Part shown: positions 39,159 through 49,300 of the stretch, in pieces
How the letters are laid out: each line of letters starts with the position of its first letter
How positions within the stretch are numbered: position 1 is the stretch's first letter
Virus record (IMG/VR): IMGVR_UViG_3300002220_000740
Coordinates: 28,246-92,245 of that record
DNA: 64,000 nt
Origin: a virus
Taxonomy: Duplodnaviria > Caudoviricetes
Reading direction: 5' to 3' (one strand)
Made by a program: the position numbers and the translations under genes
Notes under the pieces: generated by a model
Database searches by the model: none
Seen by the model: the letters and a program-made list of their open reading frames with translations, nothing else
What the model was told of the DNA's origin: nothing

Positions 39159-39479
39159 CTACAACTCCCTGATCTTTTTACACATCTCAAACATGCTGGT
39201 ATGGATTGCTTCTGCCTTGTCCAGCTGATCGACTCCTTTCTTCATGACTTCGATGAACGAATCCTCGAACTCATACTCCACCTCCTTGGCGGCTTCCACA
39301 CTCCAGGCAGTCCTGCCGTCGGGCAGATCTGTCATCTTGAACTCTTCAATCTCGGCAGCGGTGAACTTGATCATCTTCTTGATCAGATCCACGATCTCCT
39401 GCTGAACGAACGCGCCCCTTTCGGGCAACACTGAGGGCAGCTCAAGCCGCTCTCGGATACTTAACAATACTTTCTTCAT
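39159..39479 (-). CDS. hypothetical protein
   Basis: 106-aa ORF colinear with its neighbours; codon usage like the rest of the block. Confidence 0.75.
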   Translation of the reverse strand: MKKVLLSIRERLELPSVLPERGAFVQQEIVDLIKKMIKFTAAEIEEFKMTDLPDGRTAWSVEAAKEVEYEFEDSFIEVMKKGVDQLDKAEAIHTSMFEMCKKIREL

Positions 39480-39489
39480 CTTGATAGTT

Positions 39490-39855
39490 TTAAAATATGT
39501 ACAATGTGAGCATGATTACCGCGGCAGTAGCAACTGCACCCATGGCAAACAGCTTCACCCTTTTTACCAGCATCTGACGTTCCAGACGAAGGATTCTTTC
39601 TTCATGATCCACGTAAACCTTGGTTTTAATTTCACCTAACTCCTTATTGATTTTCTCAAACGCATTATAGAACGGTGAGAGAGTTTCGGCAATAGCCTTC
39701 ATGAGTTCCTCGCGTTCCAGGGCATGGTACTTATCCTGTTCATTGAACAAGTGCTTAATAACCACCAGGTCATCAAATGACAAATGCATCTTCGAATAAT
39801 CGACCTGGTAATCTTTGTCCCCCAGAATTTTTTCTATCTCCTTAGCGCTACTCAT
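39490..39855 (-). CDS. coiled-coil protein with a C-terminal transmembrane helix
   Basis: DHEERILRLE coiled coil; C-terminal LFAMGAVATAAVIMLTLYIF. Confidence 0.7.
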   Translation of the reverse strand: MSSAKEIEKILGDKDYQVDYSKMHLSFDDLVVIKHLFNEQDKYHALEREELMKAIAETLSPFYNAFEKINKELGEIKTKVYVDHEERILRLERQMLVKRVKLFAMGAVATAAVIMLTLYIF

Positions 39856-39874
39856 TTCAAGTATCCTCTCTTAT

Positions 39875-40327
39875 TTAGTATTTTATTTTTCGTACACTGA
39901 TCTTCGGGTCAGGCAGTTCCGACTCAACCATTTCCTGATTGGTTATTATTGAGCGCTCTATCAGATCCATCATCTTTGCCCAGTCAGCCTTACTGACCTC
40001 TGGTGATGTCTGGATGTGATAGTTGAATGCCTTGTTCACTCCCTTGACATAAGTGTTTACATTCTCCACGTAGTTGCCTATCAGCACCGTATTGTCATTG
40101 ATGCCTTCCATCTGCAGGTTGATATCATCCACCCGGCAGGACAGTGCGGCTATGCTGTCCTGAATGCTTATGAGTTTATCCTGTACGCTGCATATCACCC
40201 GGGTCTGCTCACTGACATTGTCGATGAACTTGAACCCTCCGAACATGACGACTACAATGGCAGAGATGCCAGCAATGTATTTGCTGACATCCATGACCTT
40301 TGTAATTAATGTTTTAACGGGAGCCAT
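39875..40327 (-). CDS. N-terminally anchored coiled-coil membrane protein (spanin/holin-like, uncertain)
   Basis: YIAGISAIVVVMFGGF transmembrane segment then heptad repeats. Confidence 0.6.
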   Translation of the reverse strand: MAPVKTLITKVMDVSKYIAGISAIVVVMFGGFKFIDNVSEQTRVICSVQDKLISIQDSIAALSCRVDDINLQMEGINDNTVLIGNYVENVNTYVKGVNKAFNYHIQTSPEVSKADWAKMMDLIERSIITNQEMVESELPDPKISVRKIKY

Positions 40328-40332
40328 TACTC

Positions 40333-41103
40333 TTAAAGGCTTTTAACTATGCCGAGTCTAAGAACCCATTCGTTCTGTCCACCAAAGTTCCACTGGTAGC
40401 CATATCCAACCTTTATCCAATTCAGTAGGGATACGACCGGAGTGAGTTCGAAGCGGAAAATATCGGGGTTGGTTTCATCCAGGGCTGCACTTGCAAAGAG
40501 TCCAAAGCCGGCAAGATAATTTCGATCCCAGAGGAAGGGATTATAAACGATGTTGTAGCCTATGCCAGGTATCGCACCCACGGTATGATTACCGGTTGTG
40601 ATTCCCCGGGTAAAGATGTCAAAGCTGACAGCCGGCGCAAAGTAAAGTGTAGAGTCCGCAGAATAGATAGGCATGTCAGCAGCCTGTTCACCAGATGCTA
40701 CCATTTCTTTTCCGAAAGGATACCATCGGTAACTCTTCTTCTGTGCAGATGCGGTAAGTGTGAAGGCAGAAAGCAGAACGGCTATCATTAGTATCTTAGA
40801 AAACCCGTAGAATTTATTCATCCGTTTCATCTTCGGAGAGAGTGTGGCTTTCTTGCGAACAAGGTTCAGAGCCATATTAAGAAGTTTCCTCCAGATAGAA
40901 CCCTCGGGAAGCTTATCGCTTTCACCTACCAGCTCGGATACGAAGAACAACACGACAAAGAGGAGTGTCCACATATTAGCCTTGAGGAACTCCAGGAAGG
41001 AATCACCGAAGTCATACGTGACAACTGCTGTAGAATCTGTAGTTTGTCCGATCGCAATTGCAGAAGAGACAAATAACGCAAATAAGATAAAGTACTTTTT
41101 CAT
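40333..41103 (-). CDS. membrane protein with two signal-peptide-like segments and a C-terminal beta-barrel-like domain
   Basis: MKKYFILFALFVSSAIAIG-Q; TM MWTLLFVVLFFVS; MNKFYGFSKILMIAVLLSAFTLTASA-Q; alternating beta strands ending WVLRLGIVKSL. Confidence 0.65.
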   Translation of the reverse strand: MKKYFILFALFVSSAIAIGQTTDSTAVVTYDFGDSFLEFLKANMWTLLFVVLFFVSELVGESDKLPEGSIWRKLLNMALNLVRKKATLSPKMKRMNKFYGFSKILMIAVLLSAFTLTASAQKKSYRWYPFGKEMVASGEQAADMPIYSADSTLYFAPAVSFDIFTRGITTGNHTVGAIPGIGYNIVYNPFLWDRNYLAGFGLFASAALDETNPDIFRFELTPVVSLLNWIKVGYGYQWNFGGQNEWVLRLGIVKSL

Positions 41104-41129
41104 TTTCAATATTTATTGGTTTAACATTA

Positions 41130-41957
41130 TTACTCAGATAAATACAAGACCCAGAAGTCCATGCACTGCTTACTGTCCAGCACATACTCCCAGGGCACAT
41201 GACACTCACCGCATTTCCCCCAGGATCTTCCCCATGAGTTCAGCTCCACGGTCCCATACTCGTCATAGTCAAAGATGACCATGCAATGTCCGCCATGACA
41301 GGTTTCTCCTTTATAAGGGACGGGCACGTTACCGCTGAGAGCAACCTTCTCGGACATGAAGCTTTCATAGATCAGCTTACCATACACCACAGGATAGCCT
41401 TGGGAGACTGCGTCCATGATTGCCTGGCGGGATTGAGGCAGACGTTCATATCTTATCGCCTGGTGATCCTGAGCCTCGGCAAGTGCCTCCAGCGAAGGAG
41501 CCTCGGCGAACTTACGGGTGCGGTAGGGGACAGTCTTCTCGCTACAGAGTCCGAGACGGTTGATGGCTTTGAATGCATCGCGTATGGATGCACCGGTATC
41601 GTTATCCTTGTCCACGCGTGCTATGTAGTAAGCGAACAGGCGTGAGGGAGCGAAGTCAGGCTGATGGTTGATCATCAGCACCCGGCGGAAAGCTTCTACC
41701 ACACCGTGACCTACGCAAGAGCCAATGTCGCCCTGGTCGTAACGGTGAGAGAATTCCTTAATGTTTTTGCGGCTGGTAGTGGATGGAAGAGCTTTGAAAC
41801 GTCTGACCTTATACATGACATCTCGGGGATCCAGGATGTCCTTGTTTGCACCAAGGCTATAAGGCTTGTCATGCACCACGTAGCGGCGCAGAAACTTGTA
41901 CAAGGCTACGAAGTCTACCGTAAAGCCCATCTGCTTTATGCGATCCAGCAAACTCAT
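41130..41957 (-). CDS. papain-family (C1) cysteine peptidase
   Basis: DQGDIGSCVG (Q,C), SRLFAYY, GGHCM (H), NSWG (N); ATG at 41957 overlaps the upstream TGA. Confidence 0.9.
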   Translation of the reverse strand: MSLLDRIKQMGFTVDFVALYKFLRRYVVHDKPYSLGANKDILDPRDVMYKVRRFKALPSTTSRKNIKEFSHRYDQGDIGSCVGHGVVEAFRRVLMINHQPDFAPSRLFAYYIARVDKDNDTGASIRDAFKAINRLGLCSEKTVPYRTRKFAEAPSLEALAEAQDHQAIRYERLPQSRQAIMDAVSQGYPVVYGKLIYESFMSEKVALSGNVPVPYKGETCHGGHCMVIFDYDEYGTVELNSWGRSWGKCGECHVPWEYVLDSKQCMDFWVLYLSE

Positions 41958-42064
41958 CACACACAGTATTTTACAAGTACGTAAGCGCTCATCACAATGC
42001 AACCCAGGAGAGCAATTTCTACTGTCCTCATTGTGAAGGTTATAAACACCATTGCTGTTTTCAT
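41957..42064 (-). CDS. 35-aa hydrophobic peptide (not in the ORF track)
   Basis: MKTAMVFITFTMRTVEIALLGCIVMSAYVLVKYCV; TGATG coupling to the peptidase start. Confidence 0.5.
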   Translation of the reverse strand: MKTAMVFITFTMRTVEIALLGCIVMSAYVLVKYCV

Positions 42065-42142
42065 AGAATTCCCTGTTGGTATTATATCGTACCAAATTAA
42101 TTCAGAGGGAACTTTGAGTCTGTCCGAGTGACAGAAAGGGCT

Positions 42143-42182
42143 GTTATATCTATAGCCCTTTTATGGAGAAAAGGTTTATAAG
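42143..42182. repeat. ~40-bp imperfect palindromic direct repeat, copy 1
   Basis: GTTATATCTATAGCCCTTTTATGGAGAAAAGGTTTATAAG, matching 44934-44972. Confidence 0.8.
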
Positions 42183-42219
42183 TTTCTATCAGAAACGAAT
42201 CCTGATATAAGTTATGTAA

Positions 42220-44463
42220 CTATTTTATCTTTTTTAAAATATTGTAAGCATCCTCAGTCTTGCAGAACCTTATCATATCCCCGGCATTTGCTTTAGCAAT
42301 GATATAATCAAACACAGTGCCCTGGTTGGTTAAGGTATTTGCATTATGCGAGTAAGTATGGGAGTAAAATACGGTCCATCCCTTAACGGAGATCAGAGTA
42401 TCCACATTCGCTTCAATGGCTGTTACCTCATTTGCATCAAGGAACTCCCTGCCACTCCTGCCGATATGCTGATATTTAATGATAGGCGCCCTGTTCATCC
42501 TGTCAGATCCCGTTGCCAGAAACAGCATCTTGAAGTAACTTAATCCTAAAGTCTGAGTAAGTTGAGAGTTTTGTCCCCCCGGGAGAATATGTGCACCACT
42601 ATAGTATGCTTTGCTCTCTGCCCAAGCCTTTACATCCTGGTAGTAAGTGGCAAGCTGAGATTCATTGTAATTCTCCTCATCCTCATGAAAACCTCTGTTC
42701 GAAGGTAATGTAGCTCCAAATGCAGGAGTGTGTGTGATTATCTCATGCCCGGCATTTTTAACAACAAGCGTCTGAGCTTCCGTTACGTTATCGCTGAAAT
42801 AGATTGCCCTGGTGACTTTAAGTTTTCTGTTGTCAAATACAGCCAGGCAATTCTGATAGTCAGCCTGCGTCCAACTATCATAGACAAATGATATCATTGC
42901 AAACGTAGGCTCTTCAATTCTCTTGAAGGTAGCATTGAAAGCTATCTTCTGTTTATCAGTAAGGAATACCGTATCCTTTAAGATAGTGAGATTTGTAATT
43001 TTGTTGGTATCCTTGTACTCTTTCCACCCGTTGACGTTTACGTTATCGTACAGGTTCAGCGGATAAAGTCCGGGCGTGTCATTACTATAGTGATAATACT
43101 TCTCAAACTTTTCCCTGTCCATATAAACATAATGTGTCATTATGTTTTTTAACTCAGAGAAAGACCGGGGGTGAGGAGTTTCATTATCATCAAAGAAAAA
43201 ACCTCTCTGTGCCACATGAGGTATCAGTTGTCTCACTATGTTATTGTCATCCAGCACTTCCGTACCAGCAGCAACAAACTCATTGAAGACAACCTTTCCA
43301 GATCCAAAGTGATTGGTCTCAGTCTTCTCAATAAGATAAGTCTTTCCGGTAACACAATACCCCTGGTTCATATAGTCAGACCAATAACCCTTCTGGTCTG
43401 CGGAAATGAGTGCATCTGGCAATTGAAGCTGGCAAGTGTAATTCAATAAGGTTACTCCGTCTGGAACAAACTCAATGGTATTACCTACGGCATCAAGAGT
43501 ACCTGTCATTCTTGCAGGCACAACCACCATCAGATAGCACTTCGGATTATAAATTTCGTTTACTTCAACCCCAATACCATTAGAAGCACCCAGCATAAAG
43601 TGTGCAGCTGTGGCAACTCCATCCAGATCAATTGTCTGCCTTTCAGTTGTTATAAACCATTTTTTATTTGCAGCAGTCAGACCCAGGTTACTTACAGCAA
43701 GTCCTGCCATACCTGTTGAAGCAGATATCACACGGAAGTCAACCACTACCCTGTATCTTTTTCCTATAGTCAGTATGCTTAATTCTGCTAACGAAAACGC
43801 AGTAGCATTCCTGGTATACTTGCAGCCTAACCCATCCGTGGTTGGTTCAAGATACCGGTTTGCATTTTGAGTATCAGACAAGGCTACACCTGCAAAAATT
43901 GCTGTATATGATGCCTTATCTCCGGTCCATGAACCGGTATTCCACCCAAGAAGATCTGCAGCTCTTAGCGAATAGCCGTACTGCTGCAGGTAAAAATAGT
44001 TGCTTTGTGTAGTTATGTTCCCAGATGCCAAAACATTGCATGTAGCATGCCTACCGTTGCCGGAAACATCATAAGAAATGGTAGGAATGTTCTCATTAAT
44101 ATACGGTTCACAGAAAGGAATTATAGCCCATACTACTCCAATTCTTTTGATAGTTACTCCGTACACTGTTTGTGCTGCACCTATCCGAAGCGTTCCATTT
44201 GCAGGAATTGTAGGTGCATCTGACCCACTGACTACCTCAATAGTATCTGTAGTAAGGAGTCCGGTAACAGTATAATCAAGATTAGACCCATTGCCTCTGC
44301 GGGCAGAAGCATTCTTGAGAAGTACATGATTATTATTGCCAGTCTTATCTGTCCATGTATTTGTGGTAAAGTTAAACGTATCAGATGCAAAAGCCTGGCG
44401 TGAACGCCAGTTTATTCCCCCACCCGACATGGACGTTGCCCAACTTTTTAATAAACTGCTCAT
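42220..44463 (-). CDS. putative virion-associated protein with a C-terminal polysaccharide deacetylase (CE4/NodB-like) domain
   Basis: WTDKTGNNNH and YDVSGNGRH LamG-like motifs; ISFVYDSW, GHEIITHT, ILPGG, GWTVFYSH. Confidence 0.65.
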   Translation of the reverse strand: MSSLLKSWATSMSGGGINWRSRQAFASDTFNFTTNTWTDKTGNNNHVLLKNASARRGNGSNLDYTVTGLLTTDTIEVVSGSDAPTIPANGTLRIGAAQTVYGVTIKRIGVVWAIIPFCEPYINENIPTISYDVSGNGRHATCNVLASGNITTQSNYFYLQQYGYSLRAADLLGWNTGSWTGDKASYTAIFAGVALSDTQNANRYLEPTTDGLGCKYTRNATAFSLAELSILTIGKRYRVVVDFRVISASTGMAGLAVSNLGLTAANKKWFITTERQTIDLDGVATAAHFMLGASNGIGVEVNEIYNPKCYLMVVVPARMTGTLDAVGNTIEFVPDGVTLLNYTCQLQLPDALISADQKGYWSDYMNQGYCVTGKTYLIEKTETNHFGSGKVVFNEFVAAGTEVLDDNNIVRQLIPHVAQRGFFFDDNETPHPRSFSELKNIMTHYVYMDREKFEKYYHYSNDTPGLYPLNLYDNVNVNGWKEYKDTNKITNLTILKDTVFLTDKQKIAFNATFKRIEEPTFAMISFVYDSWTQADYQNCLAVFDNRKLKVTRAIYFSDNVTEAQTLVVKNAGHEIITHTPAFGATLPSNRGFHEDEENYNESQLATYYQDVKAWAESKAYYSGAHILPGGQNSQLTQTLGLSYFKMLFLATGSDRMNRAPIIKYQHIGRSGREFLDANEVTAIEANVDTLISVKGWTVFYSHTYSHNANTLTNQGTVFDYIIAKANAGDMIRFCKTEDAYNILKKIK

Positions 44464-44484
44464 TCTATATATTATTATCGAACT

Positions 44485-44850
44485 TTAAACTGGTTGTATA
44501 ATTGAGTACCAATGAAAGCCCCCATCGTAAATGAATGTAATGAGGTTATGTACACCCACTGTAGGATCGTAATCTGAACTCCCCGAGCTTTTAACGAATG
44601 TGGAATCAAAGGTAGGAGTATGAACGCCATCCGCTACCAAATGATATATAGCTCCAAACCCAATTTCATCAGGCTTGGTGTCATCAACAATAAATTCATC
44701 TGAGGATTCTAACGTATGATAAATTACAGAACATGCAAGATCGAATGGAACAAACAGACTATACGGTCTCACCCGCGGTAATAGTTTCTTTATATCTATT
44801 TGCAGTCTTTCTTCCTCAGTTACACCAACTGGTCTCTTAAATCTTTTCAT
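44485..44850 (-). CDS. hypothetical protein (tail-fibre-associated)
   Basis: 121 aa beta-rich; NLITFIYDG..WYSI C-terminus. Confidence 0.6.
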   Translation of the reverse strand: MKRFKRPVGVTEEERLQIDIKKLLPRVRPYSLFVPFDLACSVIYHTLESSDEFIVDDTKPDEIGFGAIYHLVADGVHTPTFDSTFVKSSGSSDYDPTVGVHNLITFIYDGGFHWYSIIQPV

Positions 44851-44933
44851 GACCCTATTATTTATTTAATACAATGTTTAACGCTAAATTAATCTACGTG
44901 ATCCCCGACACCGGAAAATCCTGCGCCAGGAAC

Positions 44934-44972
44934 GTTGTATCTATAACCCTTTTACCATAAAAGGTTTATAAG
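44934..44972. repeat. ~40-bp imperfect palindromic direct repeat, copy 2
   Basis: GTTGTATCTATAACCCTTTTACCATAAAAGGTTTATAAG. Confidence 0.8.
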
Positions 44973-44981
44973 GATTAAACC

Positions 44982-45956
44982 TTAGTAGTTTATAGCTTCT
45001 ACCCTAATTGTACATATGTATCCATTGGCATAGATGAAGTATTCTCCATTTGGCTGTCCTGATCCATCTGCAAAATCATCATGATGCCAAGGGATGAACG
45101 TGTCTATAAGGATTTCACTTCCAATAGGTCCTTCTCTGTACCCCCAGATACTTGCATATACTCTGACCTCATCATATGTAGCCAACGCCTCAAGGTTAGT
45201 ATACCATACTGTTCCAAAATTAGGACTGTTGGTAAATCCTACCATGGCTGTAAATCCAACCGGAGCATCGAGTACAACTGTTGTAGCCGGTAAGATTCTC
45301 ACCTGCCTTGTGTAATTTGTTGTGTTTGGCAGTCGACAAACATTATCATTTTCAGTGTAATCAACCAGGTGACTGACCAAAAATACCTTTCCTGTATATG
45401 TTTTGGTTATTGTCTGATTTAAGAGTGTAACACTTATATCTATAATGTTGTCTGCAACCAGATCATCATCAAAATCAATTCCTACGTAGGCTACCAGGGT
45501 TGCTCCATCATAAATAGCATGAACAACCCCAATGATACCTAACTCATTCCATCTTACTTCACCTATAACAAGTGAAGCGTCAAAAACTGCACTTCCACCG
45601 GAAGCAATCCAAATATCCCCTGGAGTGGGTGCATTAAGCCATCCGGGTGTTACAGCCTGGTGATTATACCCGGCAAAATCTTCCATACCACCTTCTGTCG
45701 AAAGTGAATTAACCAATGCTTCGGCTACAACCGATCTTACAGTAGGTCCAAATCCTGACCATACATTTACATTGGCATTTCTGGCTAATGCTCTGACTTT
45801 GGAAGTAGAAGCTTTTAGAACCCTTCGGATATCACTTACGGGAATATCTCTACAGTCTACATCATCTACTATAATAGTCATATCAGCTTGCGCAGGAATG
45901 TCGGCTTTGCTTTTAATTGCCGCCGCTGTGAACCCTCTGTATTTCGATATTATCAT
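44982..45956 (-). CDS. putative tail fibre/receptor-binding accessory protein
   Basis: VSDIRRVL...VNVWSGFGP and DFAGYNH motifs typical of Bacteroidota phage tail accessory proteins; beta-rich. Confidence 0.55.
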   Translation of the reverse strand: MIISKYRGFTAAAIKSKADIPAQADMTIIVDDVDCRDIPVSDIRRVLKASTSKVRALARNANVNVWSGFGPTVRSVVAEALVNSLSTEGGMEDFAGYNHQAVTPGWLNAPTPGDIWIASGGSAVFDASLVIGEVRWNELGIIGVVHAIYDGATLVAYVGIDFDDDLVADNIIDISVTLLNQTITKTYTGKVFLVSHLVDYTENDNVCRLPNTTNYTRQVRILPATTVVLDAPVGFTAMVGFTNSPNFGTVWYTNLEALATYDEVRVYASIWGYREGPIGSEILIDTFIPWHHDDFADGSGQPNGEYFIYANGYICTIRVEAINY

Positions 45957-45961
45957 AACTT

Positions 45962-46366
45962 TTAGCTACAAGTTAAAACTGTTCCATCCTGAAAAATTGT
46001 CAAATCTATGTGTTCAGTACCTCGTGTAATCCTGATTGTTGCTCCATGACAATCCTCTATTACTGTATTAGTAAACACTGATACTTGAAGAGGATCTCCA
46101 TTAACCCCTCCTGTCGTAAACCAATCAATTATGCTGTACGTATCATTATAAATTGCCGCAGACCATAGTCCCGAAGAATATACCTGCACCCAATCATCAC
46201 CATAAGCTATACCATAAGTATCATAATATAAACTATTTACTGAAAGAGAGACAGCATCAACAGGAACTGTTTGTCCATCAATAGCACTTATGGCTTCTCT
46301 TAATGCAGAGTTCACTCTGCCAAAAAGAGATTCATTAACACTATCCATATATTGAATTACCCCCAT
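45962..46366 (-). CDS. BACON-like domain protein
   Basis: VYSSGLW...DW...G..LQVSVFTN....ATIRIT.....LTIFQDG pattern. Confidence 0.6.
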   Translation of the reverse strand: MGVIQYMDSVNESLFGRVNSALREAISAIDGQTVPVDAVSLSVNSLYYDTYGIAYGDDWVQVYSSGLWSAAIYNDTYSIIDWFTTGGVNGDPLQVSVFTNTVIEDCHGATIRITRGTEHIDLTIFQDGTVLTCS

Positions 46367-49300
46367 TTAAGCTAAAGTTATTCTGTTAAGTGAAGGATTA
46401 AAATATATTGTAGTAGCAGATAATACGACTCCTATAACTTGGACTACATATCCTGTTACTCCCGAAGGTGCAGTTACTGAAAAGCTTCCTCCTGATGTAG
46501 TTAAGTATAAAACATCTCCTCCTGTTCCTAAACTCCAACTACTATTGTAAACTCTTCCCGAAAGTAAAATATCAGCTGCTCCATTTGCTGAAACCGTACC
46601 CATACACATACCCATGACAGGGGTAGTTGTTATACCCGAAGCCGCAGCTTTCCATACCTTTCCATCACTTTTCATATAAACAAGGTTCCCAAATGCCAAT
46701 GCTTCACCCGCAGTAAATGAGGAACGAATACCTGACCCAGTACCTGAAGTTGAAGGTGCAGTGAGTTTTATACCACGTTCAATAGTTAATACTGCTCCAT
46801 CATAGGTAAGGTTTGCATTACTTGTAATATTACTGCCTGATGACCAGTACGCTATTCTTGTATTTGATCCTGATCCTGTTACATATGTGTTGTTATCCCA
46901 ACTCCAGGTTCCCGAACCGTTATTCTTCAGAAATCCTGTACCATTAATAATACTGTTTACAGTATGAGTAGTCGCAATATAAGCGTGGGTGTGACTGGAA
47001 AGAGCATATGTTTCATTCTTAAATTCCCATGCTGAACCTGTATACCTGAGATACCCCGTCGATTTAGATATAATCGGCTCATAGGTTGCTGCATGGTTAT
47101 GCGTTGTAAGACTGTATCGTGCATCACCTCGTGTTTGATTATAATATTGAGTATGATCATCATCACCAAGTCCAGTCAATGCACCATGATCTGTAACCCC
47201 CCCTGACGATGCAGCTCCATAACTTATTTTACCTGTTGTAGAATCATAATAAACTATATTTGTTTCTGATGCTTTGGCTGCCAGATCAAGAATATAAACA
47301 TCTCCGGCTTCAGCAATTCTGAAAAGACCAGTCCCAGCAGAATTGTTTACCGCAAAAGCATATGTCATTGGAGTTGTCTGGTCAGGATCCTGAACCGTGA
47401 GAAAAGTTGCAGAAGACTTATGCATCCCTATTCCTACCTGTGCACCATCCGCATTTATCCCGGATATGGTTATACCTATACCTCTTATCGTTCCTCCAAC
47501 AGTAGAAGCTCCAAGACGCAAAGAAGGAACAGTATTGTATGTCAGTGTCAAATAAGCATTTTCGGCTGAGGCACAAGCAAGATTTAAGGTGTGTTCTGAT
47601 GCATCATAACTGAAATTAGATGAATATAAAAAGTTATTAACGGTTGTATTCGTATATGGGATTTGTTCAGACAAACCGAAAGATACTGAAGCTCCTGATG
47701 CAGCTTGCCACGTACCGTCCTCACGAAGGAATAAAGAGCTACCTGACCCAAGTTGTATACCACCTACACTTGTAGACGTAGCCAGCGGCATGGACTCCCA
47801 TATCGTGGGAGGAAACTGAGAAAAATCAGACCATGCCTGGATTTCATAATCACAAGCAATGGGCAATTTAATCCTTAAGTATGGGCTACCGCCGTTAGGA
47901 ACGTATTCCAGGCTATTGTAAATATTGGCTATCAGGTGATAATACTCTCCCGTTGCACCCCCTTGTTTTGAGGTGGTATCGTTATGCGCCGGCACATAGG
48001 AAATCGGTCTGTAAAGACCCGCGTGGTTTCCCCACCCGTAAGCAGTGTTCCAGTTGGTGGAGTTATTGGTGAGAATAGAGTATATCCCCGCGGATGCATC
48101 CCTGAGCATTATGCCCTGAGAGGTAAAATCACCGTCCACTACCACATCAGCATGAGAGGTTTGCGAGGTTAAATACCCGGCTGATGCGTGATTACCCCAT
48201 CCATAGGCAGTATTCCAATTCGCCGAATTGTTTGTTATAGAAGTTCCCCAAGCACTGCCAGTCGACAATGCTATTCCGGCGCCAGGATAAACCATGCTGC
48301 TACCGGTCATTACTGTCTGCCAGGTGCCGTCTTCTCTAAGAAACAGTGTAGCTCCACTCCCAAGTTGAATACCACCCACCGTAGTTGAAGTGGCAAGCGG
48401 CATGGATTCCCATATTGTAGGAGGAAGCCACCCTGTATCACTCCAGGCTTGAATCTCGTAGTCCCCGGCGAAAGGAAATTTACACCTTATATATTGATTA
48501 GGCGCAGTACCTACAAGTTCAAACCAGGAGTTTATTTCAGTCTCGGTGAAGTACCGATCGTCATGATTATGTACAGCAGGAGCATATAATCCAGCATGAT
48601 CTCCCCATCCATATGCAGTGTTCCAGTTGGCAGAGTTATTTGTAATTGATGCCCCCCAGGCAATCCCATTGGATACCGGAATACCGGCTGGAGGATAAAC
48701 AGCGCCCCCTGAAGCTTCCTGCCATGTACCGTCCTCACGAAGGAATAAAGTATTCCCGGAGCCTAATTGAATACCACCTATTGAAGTAGATGTGGCAAGG
48801 GGCATACTTTCCCAGATAGTAGGAGGGAGCCATCCGGTTGAAGTCCATGCCTGGATCTCGTAATCGCCGGCAAAAGGTTTCTTGCAACGCAGGTATTCAT
48901 TTGGAAGACCCGGGTTGACAATCTCAAACCAATCACTTACATCCGCACCACTACCAGGGACGTAATCCGTGATGTCTACAATCAAATGGGTATGAATTAT
49001 GGGAGCGTAAACCCCCGTATGAGTATGTGCAATCGGAGAATATATTCCAGAATGGTCATGTCCAATCAGGGAATAGCGTGCATCACCACGCGTAATATTG
49101 AAGTATTGCAGGTGGTCATCCTCTCCCAAGTTGATCAGATCCCCATGTGAAGTCACTATGCTGCTGATATCCAGGGCAGCATCCCAGTCAGTGAGCTGAT
49201 ATGCTCCTGTGGACGCGTTAACACAGACATATAACCGCTCTGAGGTTATATAAAGGTCATTTACATTGTAAGGGTGGGTGGGTTCGGAGTAAAATACCTG

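Noticed and set aside
41958-42095. N-terminal extension of the C1 peptidase from TTG 42095
   Set aside because: Better explained by a separate 35-aa ORF coupled by TGATG to the ATG at 41957
42143-44972. CRISPR mini-array or invertible (shufflon) segment
   Set aside because: Only two copies, 2.8 kb apart and in direct orientation; no cas or invertase gene seen
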